Below, piece after piece: positions 9,062 to 17,869 of a DNA stretch of 64,000 nt. The notes under the pieces were generated by a model. It was not told the origin of the DNA and made no database searches. It was given only the letters and a program-made list of their open reading frames with translations. This DNA is from Vicinamibacteria bacterium (GTDB lineage: Bacteria > Acidobacteriota > Vicinamibacteria > Marinacidobacterales > Marinacidobacteraceae): the NCBI GenBank assembly GCA_963555995.3, contig OY821641.1, forward strand, positions 3,732,716-3,796,715. The letters are read 5' to 3'. The position numbers and the translations under genes were made by a program. Every line of letters begins with the position of its first letter. Position 1 is the stretch's first letter.

Positions 9062-11022
9062 CGGAAGTTTCGGGCCTGATTTCGTGTAAGGCCCGTATTT
9101 TGAGTGAGTTGTGGGATTTGGGTGTTGTCGTGTAGTGGCTACATTCGGTGTGAGACGTGGAGTAGATCGAGGGAACGTTGCTGGACGGGGGTGGGGTTGG
9201 CGTAGAGGGTGAAGGTGGTTTCGGCGTCGTTGAGTTGCATGGTGTTTCGGGTGAGGGTGCCGAGATCGGCGAGGAGGGACCGGAAGGATTGGACGGGGAG
9301 GCCGTCGTGAGTGCGCTTGGTGGCGGCCTTCTTCTGGGCGGCGGGCGAGCGCTGGGCGGGCTGGACGACGGAGTCCCGGAGTGATTCGGCGGCTTCGGGG
9401 TGGTGGTCGTCGAAGAGGAGGGTTGCGAGGTCGTTTCGCATGTGCCACTCGACGTAGTAGGCGAGCATGCAGAGGAAGACGTGGGCGCGGACGCGGTCGG
9501 AGCGTCGGTGGTGGATCGGTCTGACCTTGAGGTCGACGGATTTGAGGGAGCGGAAGGCGCGCTCGACGCGGGAGAGGTTCTTGTAGGCGCGGACGGTTTG
9601 GGGGGCGTCGAGGCGCTCGGGCTCGACGTTGGAGCGGATGACGTAGAGGCCGTCGAGTTGTTCTTCGGTGGCGATCTGTTCGCAGAGCCGTTCGAAGGAG
9701 AAGGAGTCGTCGGTGATGTCGGTCTGGAAGTGCTTGGCGACCTTGTAGCGGTCGATGACCTTGCCGACGCGGACGCCGATGTGATCCTTTCCGCGGAGGG
9801 GGCGCCGTTCGCGTTGGGTGGCCGCCTGGATGGGTTCGAGAAGAGCTTCGGTGGCGCCGAGGAGTTCGTTGCGCTTACGGCGGCGCTCGGCGGCGAGGCG
9901 GGGGTTGCGGCAGACGATGAGGCGCTCGCCGGGGAAGTCGTCGGAGGTGACCTCGGCGAGATCCCGTTGGTCGAAGAGGGAGGGGTTCACGGTCCCGTCG
10001 GCGAGGAGTTTCTTGATGGTGGGGGCGCGGAGGGCGGTGATCCAGCGCAGCCCCTCGACACCGGCGAGGTCCTCGCGGATGCGGGCGGAGGTGAGCATGC
10101 CGCGATCGCCGACCAGGACGACGCGGGCGAGGCCGAAGCGGGTGCGGAGCTTTTGCACCTGGGAGGCGACGGTCCTGGGGTCGCTGGTCGAGCCCTCGAA
10201 GACCTCGACGGCGATGGGGCAGCCCTCGGGGGAGCAGAGCAGTCCGAAGACGATCTGGAGCTTGTTCTTCTTTCCGTCGCGGGAGTAGCCGCGCTGTGCG
10301 AGGGGGCAGTGGGTTCCTTCCACGTAGGTGGAGGTGAGGTCGTAGAGGACGAGGGTGTTGTCTTCGAGGTGCCGGCGGGCGAGACGCTGTTCGATGCCGG
10401 GCTGGCGTCGGAGGAGCCAGTCCATGGCGTCGTAGAGCTCGTGCTGGTCGACGTCGCCGAGTTGGAGCATTTCTCCGAGGGAGGAGACGGCGGTTTGTGG
10501 GTTGAGGGCGCGTGCGGTGGCGAGCTTGGAGCGGGGGTCGATGACGCGGGCGACGATGAGGGCGACGGCGAGATCGCGGAGCCGGCTGGGGGCGCGGGCG
10601 ATGAGGGAGTGGAGTCCGAGGCGTCGGAGGGATCCGAGGGTGGCGGCGACGTGTCCGTGGGGGAGGCTGCGCTGGCAGTCGAAGGCGTCGTCGGGTGCGA
10701 CGAGGGTTTCGCCCTTGAGTCCTCTGCGGATGAGAGTGATGACCGGATCGGGCAGGTGGGAGAGGTTGCCGAGGGTCTGGTGTTTGACCTTCCCGTTTTC
10801 GCGGAAGGTTCGGCGCAGGAGGTGGGATCGGTAGGTCTTGCCCTTGTAGTGTCGTTGTGTTGTGGCTACGTGGACGGCGTATTTTCGCGGCGGCATACCT
10901 CGTAGCATTAGGGACACGGCGACTCATGTCAAGTCATATTAGTGGCTGCATATTACATCCCGAAACACCCCTAACTCCATGACACTCGGTCGCTTGGCCC
11001 GATTCAGGGCCCGAAACTTCCG
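9062..11022 (-). mobile_element. IS1634-family insertion sequence, copy 1 (1961 bp)
   Basis: 15-bp terminal IR CGGAAGTTTCGGGCC. 6-bp TSD TCTAGC at 9056-9061 and 11023-11028. Confidence 0.95.
9139..10917 (-). CDS. IS1634-family DDE transposase (likely start 10896)
   Basis: LYDLTSTYVEG, GYSRDGKK, VGDRGM, VERAFRSLKS and RVRAHVFLCMLAYY motifs. Confidence 0.95.
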   Translation of the reverse strand: MSLMLRGMPPRKYAVHVATTQRHYKGKTYRSHLLRRTFRENGKVKHQTLGNLSHLPDPVITLIRRGLKGETLVAPDDAFDCQRSLPHGHVAATLGSLRRLGLHSLIARAPSRLRDLAVALIVARVIDPRSKLATARALNPQTAVSSLGEMLQLGDVDQHELYDAMDWLLRRQPGIEQRLARRHLEDNTLVLYDLTSTYVEGTHCPLAQRGYSRDGKKNKLQIVFGLLCSPEGCPIAVEVFEGSTSDPRTVASQVQKLRTRFGLARVVLVGDRGMLTSARIREDLAGVEGLRWITALRAPTIKKLLADGTVNPSLFDQRDLAEVTSDDFPGERLIVCRNPRLAAERRRKRNELLGATEALLEPIQAATQRERRPLRGKDHIGVRVGKVIDRYKVAKHFQTDITDDSFSFERLCEQIATEEQLDGLYVIRSNVEPERLDAPQTVRAYKNLSRVERAFRSLKSVDLKVRPIHHRRSDRVRAHVFLCMLAYYVEWHMRNDLATLLFDDHHPEAAESLRDSVVQPAQRSPAAQKKAATKRTHDGLPVQSFRSLLADLGTLTRNTMQLNDAETTFTLYANPTPVQQRSLDLLHVSHRM

Positions 11023-11159
11023 TCTAGCTAGCGATAGACTGACTTGACCCTACTATCTGCTGGCCACCGTGTCGCGGCGTGGCCTCGTCCGGAACCGCCA
11101 TCCGGTGCTGGCGCAGGTCAAACTTGAAGCTGGCGCTGCGCCGAACGACGCGACCCGAC

Positions 11160-14100
11160 TCATCGAGTTGTGGCGGTAAGGCGTGAGAGGAGGCTTTCGA
11201 TGCCGAATCCGGTTTTCCAGACCGCGCATCGGATGCGGATGCGTGGCGAACCAGTATCGAGTTCCAGTTGGAATCCCGCCGCGTCTTCGGCAGTGGCTAT
11301 GTCTCGAAGGTCCTCGATTTCGTCCAGATCGGCACAGATCGCCGCCAAGCGCCTGCCGATTCCTTGAATGAATCGCATCTGCCGGCGTACGGCGTCAACG
11401 CCTAGATCCTCAGATCCAGCGCTGATCGGAACGACGCAGAGAAGATAATCGGAATCGTGCTGTACGGCAGTTCGAGCCTGGACGGCCGTCATCCTCACGC
11501 TGTCGTCGCGGGCGGACTTGATCTCCACCAGCCAAGTCCGTCCCTCTCGTACGAGCTCGAGCCCGATTGATTCGCCTTCCGTCACCGGGTCGGGCCGAAT
11601 CGCGAAGTCCGAGCCGACGCCTGTGCGCCTGACTTCGAAGCCCTTCTCCTCCAGATTCTCTTTGACCAGATCCTCGACGAGTCCCCCGAGCCTCTGGTTT
11701 TCATGCACCATACGACGGCGCGTTCGACGTTCGTCCAGGTGGTCGAAGAGTCCCTTGTCCTCTTGGATCTCGTCGGCGAGCGTCTGTAACCGGTCCCCAT
11801 CGCCGTTGACGGAGGTCAGTAGCCGTGCGAGGGTGCCATCTAGAGTTTCGCGCTCCTCCTCGTCCTCCGCGAAGAGTGTGCGGAGGAAATCGGACCCGCC
11901 AACTCCCAACGCTCGCAGAATGGCGATTACATGCGGACTATCCTGCAGGTCCTGTGGGTGCCAGTCGCTATCCCGGACGAGCTGCGCGAGCGAATATGCG
12001 TTTGCTTGATCGGTGCTCCCCTTCGGCAGCGGAACCCACTTGTTGTGTTTGACTGGGACGAGCCAGATGGCCGGATAGTAGCGATGGGACGATCCGCAAG
12101 CACAGTTGGACTGCTGGGCCTGTAGCCCCTGGGCGTCTTCAACCGCAAGCCATCCAACCAGGAAATCCCAAAAGAGTCGTGCCTGCTTCCGGCTTTTGCG
12201 GACCCTAGGAAGAACTCCGACGTCGGTCGCTACCAGAAAGGCGATCTGCGTGACTTCGACATCTTGATCCACCTCGTGGTCGACTTCTCCGGACAGGGGC
12301 TCGTCTGGAAGGAATCCGAACTCTTCCTTCCGCGTGTAGAGGACGCGTGTACGGTACAGGACACTCGTTCGGAGGAAGCCACGCTCGTCGAGTTCGGACC
12401 ACACTGAATGGTCGTCAAGTTCCTTGGCGAAATTGTCCGCCAGAATGCGCCCCTTAGGGAACAGGCCTGAGTAACGCTGAAGGGTCTCCGGCCACACTCT
12501 CACTGGTGCAAGAGGTCGCTCGGGGTCGTCCTCATCGTGAAGGCGCAGCCTTATGGGGGTGCTCGATACACCGTCGTCCGACGGCACCGGGAATCCCGCG
12601 AGGTGGTCCCATTGACCTTCCCGCGCCAAGTAACCGAAGAGCTGAACACTCGCGTTCCGGGAATCCTCGTCGAGCGCCTTGTCCATGCGCTCGCGTAGGC
12701 GGTCTATCAACTCATGGATCACGGATTTGCAATCTAGGTCCCCAGCTCCGGGTTCATCGTCGAGTGTTGAGAGATGCGGATGCCTAAGTTCCGCCCGGAG
12801 ATTCCAGCCCACGAGTGACGCGATTTCCTTGAGCTCGGGGGGGATGTCCACGTCGCGATGCAGCCTCTGAAGCGTACGGAACTGCCCGTCCTGATCCGGG
12901 ATGATGCTTAGGCTCCGTAGCGCGTCGCTAAAGCCGTTGGCGGACAAGAAGTCGTGCAACTCGTCCAGCCAACTTACTGCACTCCGGTCCTTCAGTTGGT
13001 GTTGCAACTTCTCGACCGATCCAGCTGCTTCGACGCGTACGGCGAGATCATGTCCATTCATCGTTTCCTTGAGCTCGCTGACAGAACGACCGTACAAAGT
13101 TGCCCAACTCTGTGCAGCTCCACACCAGCCCGGAGCAGCCACTCTTGTGGGGAGTGTGTCCGTCAGATCCTTTACGGGTTGGGCCAGAGACCACAGTTTG
13201 TGCACTGCCTCCAGCGTCTTGCCCATTGGTAGGGTGGAAGCGGTCGGCGCGACGGCGCCCCCCGACTCTGTCAGAACTACCGGCGTGGCGCGTATCGGGT
13301 CGACCAATTTGGCCTTGAGGCTATTGCGAAGCCAGTCGTCGTTCAACCAGCGTCGCGCGCGAACCGGCGGGAGGTCGGCAAGCAGATGACCGTCGCTCCA
13401 TCTCTCCTTTGCCGCGAATTCAGCGATCGAGAGTAGTAGCCGGCAGGCCTCCTCGAGAACGGCTTGATTCTCGCTGTTGACCGGATCGTCGCTCTGCCCG
13501 AGATAGACACCGTCGCGGTCCTCGGTCGGCGAGAATCGCAGGCTGTGAACTACAGCAGGGAAGCTGAAGTCCTCTGTGCCAATCAGGGGAAATCCCAGCA
13601 GAAGCTTGGGAGCGTTTGTTGGCGGCACCAAGACCACGGAAAGGTCTTGGCGCTTGATGGGGACTACGACGCTTACCCCATCGGATTCGGCGGCGATGAA
13701 ACCTTGTCGCTTGGGTGCCGCGCCGTCGCTCGTTGTGACAGTCACTTCCACTTCCCTGATGCATGCGGCGAGGTCCCGCCTTTCCGTAAGCTCGATGGTG
13801 GTTCCAGAATTCGGCGTTCGGACTTCAATGCGTTGGAATTCTTGATTGACCACGGCCACCAAGGGCCCGCTTTGCTCCAAGGCCGTCACACCCTTCCGAA
13901 CAGCCTCTGAAGCGCGCTCATCAATCGGATATCGAAACTCGGTGGACGTCTTGGGAAGTCTGCCGTTGCCGCGAGGCGTCAGCGAGGATACGAACTCCTC
14001 GAACGAGGCATCCATACGGTCCTTGAGATCGGCAACGGAGTCTCCGCCCCGGTCGATCTGGAATTCGAATGTCTGGCCTTCGGTTAGGTGCCCTGACACA

Positions 14101-14447
14101 TGGATGGTTGGGGACAGCAGATGCGTAGTCAGGAAGCCGCTGCCGAATTGGCCAAGCGTGTCGTCGCCCTCGAGTTTCGTTGAACCGTAGTAAATGAGAT
14201 GCGTGATCTCATTGGACCTAAATCCGCGGCCGTTGTGGCAAAAGGTGAGTTCAGTGTCGCTTACCTCCACGGAGGCAACAAGACTCTCTCGTCCACGCGA
14301 GGTGTCTCGGGCGTTTTGGAGGAGTTCCCATATCCAACGCGGAAGGACACGCGACCGGTTGGATTCCAGGCCCCGAAGGTGCCTATACACACCCTGCGCA
14401 GTGTTAGCTGTCAGTACCTTGGTCCTAGTATCGTTCCAGTCGGTCAT
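11160..14447 (-). CDS. Sacsin/NOV-like GHKL ATPase fused to C-terminal PD-(D/E)xK (DUF3883-like) nuclease, 1095 aa
   Basis: N-terminal WELLQNARD, HNGRGF and GQFGSGF (GHKL boxes). C-terminal G..VE...GVGSDF...VEIKS..RMTAVQ nuclease signature. Codon usage is less GC-biased than the backbone. Confidence 0.8.
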   Translation of the reverse strand: MTDWNDTRTKVLTANTAQGVYRHLRGLESNRSRVLPRWIWELLQNARDTSRGRESLVASVEVSDTELTFCHNGRGFRSNEITHLIYYGSTKLEGDDTLGQFGSGFLTTHLLSPTIHVSGHLTEGQTFEFQIDRGGDSVADLKDRMDASFEEFVSSLTPRGNGRLPKTSTEFRYPIDERASEAVRKGVTALEQSGPLVAVVNQEFQRIEVRTPNSGTTIELTERRDLAACIREVEVTVTTSDGAAPKRQGFIAAESDGVSVVVPIKRQDLSVVLVPPTNAPKLLLGFPLIGTEDFSFPAVVHSLRFSPTEDRDGVYLGQSDDPVNSENQAVLEEACRLLLSIAEFAAKERWSDGHLLADLPPVRARRWLNDDWLRNSLKAKLVDPIRATPVVLTESGGAVAPTASTLPMGKTLEAVHKLWSLAQPVKDLTDTLPTRVAAPGWCGAAQSWATLYGRSVSELKETMNGHDLAVRVEAAGSVEKLQHQLKDRSAVSWLDELHDFLSANGFSDALRSLSIIPDQDGQFRTLQRLHRDVDIPPELKEIASLVGWNLRAELRHPHLSTLDDEPGAGDLDCKSVIHELIDRLRERMDKALDEDSRNASVQLFGYLAREGQWDHLAGFPVPSDDGVSSTPIRLRLHDEDDPERPLAPVRVWPETLQRYSGLFPKGRILADNFAKELDDHSVWSELDERGFLRTSVLYRTRVLYTRKEEFGFLPDEPLSGEVDHEVDQDVEVTQIAFLVATDVGVLPRVRKSRKQARLFWDFLVGWLAVEDAQGLQAQQSNCACGSSHRYYPAIWLVPVKHNKWVPLPKGSTDQANAYSLAQLVRDSDWHPQDLQDSPHVIAILRALGVGGSDFLRTLFAEDEEERETLDGTLARLLTSVNGDGDRLQTLADEIQEDKGLFDHLDERRTRRRMVHENQRLGGLVEDLVKENLEEKGFEVRRTGVGSDFAIRPDPVTEGESIGLELVREGRTWLVEIKSARDDSVRMTAVQARTAVQHDSDYLLCVVPISAGSEDLGVDAVRRQMRFIQGIGRRLAAICADLDEIEDLRDIATAEDAAGFQLELDTGSPRIRIRCAVWKTGFGIESLLSRLTATTR

Positions 14448-14723
14448 GCGGTATGGATCAGTAGAGTGTGCACTACGTCGCTCCGTAGAGGCAAAAGTCG
14501 CCGTCGGTTGGCCCCGACGTTTCGCGCGACATAGTCGGCTACCCGCTGCGCGACCGTCCAGCGAGTAGCGGCGAGGCCTCGACGGCGTCGCTGAGAAAAC
14601 CGGGAGTTGCTGGCGCGGGAAGCGTATCCGCCGCGAACGGGATCGGGAAGTAACGTACGGACCGTGACACATTCACCCGCAGAAGCCCTGCCTCCATCCG
14701 TTGTGGCTCGTTCTCAACTCCTC

Positions 14724-14776
14724 GCTGACGACCTCGTCGAGGGGGAGGTGCCGGATGTTCGGGAGCTGGGCGCCGG
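14724..14776 (-). pseudogene. Diverged duplicate of the 3' end of the adjacent iodotyrosine-deiodinase-like gene
   Basis: 45/53 nt identical to 14979-15031. GAQLPNIRHLPLDEVVS versus GARVPDIERLPLDQVVS. Confidence 0.85.
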
Positions 14777-14879
14777 TGAACTGGCGGCGGGTGGGCGGAC
14801 CGGGTCCGGGTTTCGTCAAGTGGTCGAAGAGATTCTGGCCGATGCCGGGTAGGAACATGCGGCGGTAGCGCGGTTGGCG

Positions 14880-14962
14880 TACGCGTCGTGAGGGTGGGTG
14901 GGGTTGTGCGGTGCGCGGCGCGGAGCGCCGCGCGTGTCGGTCTGGAGACCGGCGTTCCAATC
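14880..14962 (-). repeat. REP element
   Basis: Minus strand reads GGAACGCCGGTCTCCAGACCGACACGCGCGGCGCTCCGCGCCGCG...CCCTCACGACGCG. Confidence 0.85.
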
Positions 14963-14969
14963 CGGGGTG

Positions 14970-15641
14970 TTACTTCGTGCTGACGACCTGGTCGAGGGGG
15001 AGGCGCTCGATGTCCGGGACGCGGGCGCCGGGTTTGGGGTAGCCGGCCACCAGGAGGAGGAAGGGGACTTCGTTCGCGGGGCGGTCGAGGAGGTCGTTCA
15101 GGAATCCCATCGGGCTCGGCGTGTGGGTGAGGGTCGCGAGCCCGGCGTGATGGAGCGCCGCGATCAGGAACCCGGCGGCGATTCCCACCGATTCGGAGTG
15201 GTAGTAGTTCCGCACCCGCTTCCCGTCGGCACGGGCGATGTAGCGCTGCATGAAGACGGCGATCAGCACCGGCGCCTCGACGAGGAACGGCTTGTTGGTG
15301 TCGGTGCCCAGGGGTGCGAGGGCGGCGAGCCATTCCGGCGGCGCCTTGCCGCCGTAGAACTCCCGCTCCTCGGCCTCGGCCGCCTCGCGGAGCCGCGCCC
15401 GGATCGCGGGGTCCCGCACCACCACGAAACGCCACGGCTGCAGGTTCGCCCCGCTCGGGGCCGAGGCAGCGGTGCGGAGCGCCGCCTCGATCACCCGCTC
15501 GGGCACCAGGCGGGAGTCGAAGTCCCGGACCGTCCGGCGCCGGACCATGTGCTCGGCGAACCGCCGGGCCCGGGCGACCATCTCCTCCGGCGGGAACCCC
15601 GGAAAGTCCAGCTCGACGGCGCTCCACGGGTTGTCCGGCAC
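14970..15641 (-). CDS. Nitroreductase family, iodotyrosine deiodinase (IYD)-like
   Basis: RRTVRDF, APSGANLQPW, EEREFY...K substrate-binding lid, ESVGIAAG and THTPSPM. GTG start 7 nt after the ypdA stop. Confidence 0.85.
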   Translation of the reverse strand: MPDNPWSAVELDFPGFPPEEMVARARRFAEHMVRRRTVRDFDSRLVPERVIEAALRTAASAPSGANLQPWRFVVVRDPAIRARLREAAEAEEREFYGGKAPPEWLAALAPLGTDTNKPFLVEAPVLIAVFMQRYIARADGKRVRNYYHSESVGIAAGFLIAALHHAGLATLTHTPSPMGFLNDLLDRPANEVPFLLLVAGYPKPGARVPDIERLPLDQVVSTK

Positions 15642-15648
15642 GCCCGCC

Positions 15649-16659
15649 TCAACGCGTCGCGCAGATGTGGCGGACGATGGCTTCCCCGTGGAAGCGGCCG
15701 TTCTCGATGAAGACCATGTTGGTGCGGCGGCCGGCGACCACCCCGCCGGCGAGGTAGAGCCCGGGCACCTCGGTGGCGAACGTCTCCGGATCGGTGATGG
15801 GCCTACCGTCCACTCCCTCGCTCCGGACCCCGAGCGATTCCAGGAACCGGTAGGGCGGCCGGTAGCCGAGGAGCGCCAGCACGAAGTCGTTCGGGATCTC
15901 GCGCCTCGCACCGCCTGAGTCCCGCAGGGTCAGGGACGCCATCCGGATCTCCTCGACCACCGAACCGAGCCAGCCGGCGATCTCGCGCCGCGCCAGCCGG
16001 TTCTCGATGTCCGGCCGCACCCAGTACTTCAGGTGCGAGGAGAGCGTCTCGCCCCGGTGGATGAGGGTGACCTCGACCCCCGCCCGGAACAGTTCGAGCG
16101 CGGCCTCGGCCGCCGAGTTGCCGCCCCCGATGACCGCGACCTTCGATCCGAAGTAGGGATGCGTCTCCACGTAGCGGCAGGAGACCTTGTCGAGCTCCGC
16201 CCCCGGGACGTCGAGCCGGTTCGGGTTCTCGAAATAGCCGACCGCCAGCACCACGTTCCGGGCCTGCACCGGACCCGGGTCGGGGATCCCCTCCCGCTCG
16301 CTCCTCAGGTGGAGCGTGAAGATGTTCTCATCGGAAGTCCCGTCGCGCTCCACCCGCTCGACCCGCGTGAAGAGCCGCGGATGCAGGTCGTAGTGCTGGG
16401 CGACCTTCCGGTAATAGACCAGCGCCTCGTAGCGCGACGGTTTCTCGCGGTGGCAGACGAGCGGGAGGCCGCCGATCTCGAGGAGTTCCGGGGTGGTGAA
16501 GAAGATCATGTTCACCGGGAAGCGGCGGATCGAGTCCACGAGCCCGCCCTTCTCGATGACCTCGTAAGTGAGCCCCGCGCGCTGGCACTCGATGGCGGTG
16601 GCGAGACCGGACGGCCCTCCCCCGACGATGGCTACGTCGAGGACGCCGCCGGCGCTCAT
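15649..16659 (-). CDS. ypdA: YpdA-family FAD/NADPH oxidoreductase (putative bacillithiol disulfide reductase)
   Basis: VGGGPSG, FPVNMIFFTTPELLEIG, IGGGNSA, KYWVRPDIENR and FIENGRFHG. ATGA overlap with the upstream gene. Confidence 0.88.
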   Translation of the reverse strand: MSAGGVLDVAIVGGGPSGLATAIECQRAGLTYEVIEKGGLVDSIRRFPVNMIFFTTPELLEIGGLPLVCHREKPSRYEALVYYRKVAQHYDLHPRLFTRVERVERDGTSDENIFTLHLRSEREGIPDPGPVQARNVVLAVGYFENPNRLDVPGAELDKVSCRYVETHPYFGSKVAVIGGGNSAAEAALELFRAGVEVTLIHRGETLSSHLKYWVRPDIENRLARREIAGWLGSVVEEIRMASLTLRDSGGARREIPNDFVLALLGYRPPYRFLESLGVRSEGVDGRPITDPETFATEVPGLYLAGGVVAGRRTNMVFIENGRFHGEAIVRHICATR

Positions 16660-17819
16660 GGGATCGTTTCCACGCGGGCGCGGAGGATCTCCACGCGCTC
16701 GAGGGGCGCCTCGTCCTCGCCGGCGGGCAGAGCCTCGATCGTCTCCACGACGTCGTATCCGGAAACGACCCGCCCGAACACCGAGTACTCGCCGTCGAGT
16801 TCCGAAGCCCGTCCGGTCACGATGAAGAAGGAGGTCATGGCGCTGTGGAGCGCCGCCAGCCGCGCCATCGAGACGATGCCGGGTTCGTGGGGAATGGCGC
16901 TGAACTCCGGCGCCAGGTTCGTGATGTGCTGCTCGATGCTCTCCGGCACCGGAGGGTCGCGGGTCTCCATCCAGCCGGTCTGGATGACGAAGCCGGGGAC
17001 GACCCGGTGGAACGCGGTGCCGTCGTAGGCCCCGAGCACCGAGAGGCGCAGGAAGTTCCGCACGTGGTTGGGAGCGGTCTCCGGCAGCATCTCGATCCCG
17101 ATCTCCCCGTGCAGGGTCTCGAGGACGACCCGGAAGTTGGCGAGCTCCGCGTCGCTCTCCTCGGAGAACGGGGGCGGCAGTTCCGGGGGGCGGTCGCGGA
17201 CGGTGGCGCGGAGCACCTCCACCCGCTCGAGCGGCATCCCGCGCTCGTTCGCCGGGAGCTCGGAGATCACCGTGACTTCGTGGATCCCCTCGACCACCCG
17301 GGCGAACACGGTGTACGCGCCGTCGAGCGACGGCTGGTCGGTCACCACGAGGAAGAACTGGGAACCGGCGCTGTCCGGCCGGCCGGGGACCTGGACCGCG
17401 GAGACGGCGCCCCGGACGTGGCGCTCGTCGTTCGGCTCGCGGGCGAGCCGCAACAGGCCCCCGGTCCCGTAGGCCTCGGTCGCCTCCGGGTCCCGCGACA
17501 GCGGGTCGCCGCCCTGAACGATCCCGCGCGCGATGACCCGGTGGAACGCGGTGCCGTCGTAGTTGCCCTCCTCGGCCTGCAGCAGGAAGAACGCGGCGTG
17601 GTTCGGGGCCTTCTCGGGCAGGACCTCGATGACGAAGCTCCCGTGGGTGGTCTCGAAGACGACCTGCTTGCCCATCATCTCTTCGACGGGGCGGTCGGCG
17701 GTGAAGAGGTCCTCGGGCTGCGCGGCCGCTCCGCACGCCAGGCCAAGGCCCAGAACGAGGACGGCAGCCGTCCCGCGGAACGGGAGGCTTCGAGGGTTCA
17801 CGCGCCGGGCTATCCGCAA
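16656..17819 (-). CDS. Peptidyl-prolyl cis-trans isomerase with two cyclophilin domains, secreted (start uncertain, possibly 17801)
   Basis: Two APNH..F...YDGTAFHRV...Q(G/T)G repeats and a signal-like hydrophobic N-terminus. Confidence 0.9.
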   Translation of the reverse strand: MRIARRVNPRSLPFRGTAAVLVLGLGLACGAAAQPEDLFTADRPVEEMMGKQVVFETTHGSFVIEVLPEKAPNHAAFFLLQAEEGNYDGTAFHRVIARGIVQGGDPLSRDPEATEAYGTGGLLRLAREPNDERHVRGAVSAVQVPGRPDSAGSQFFLVVTDQPSLDGAYTVFARVVEGIHEVTVISELPANERGMPLERVEVLRATVRDRPPELPPPFSEESDAELANFRVVLETLHGEIGIEMLPETAPNHVRNFLRLSVLGAYDGTAFHRVVPGFVIQTGWMETRDPPVPESIEQHITNLAPEFSAIPHEPGIVSMARLAALHSAMTSFFIVTGRASELDGEYSVFGRVVSGYDVVETIEALPAGEDEAPLERVEILRARVETIP

Positions 17820-17869
17820 GAAATGAAACGCGGTGTCAGACAGGAGGGGCAGTATATTCCCGGCCCTTC

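Larger units (their letters stand above)
8890..11140 (+). pseudogene. Acyl-CoA (delta-9) fatty-acid desaturase relic, interrupted by IS1634
   Basis: Before the IS: RRRYPTRDRSQNSLAPALLTLGDDWHRNHHRHP (third His box, GEGWHNNHH type). After the IS: DLTYYLLATVSRRGLVRNRHPV, matching the desaturase C-terminus. Confidence 0.7.

Noticed and set aside
9400-10905. 501-aa antisense ORF in IS1634 (and its twin at 59793-61298)
   Set aside because: It is a codon-register mirror of the transposase on a stop-poor strand, with no recognisable motifs.
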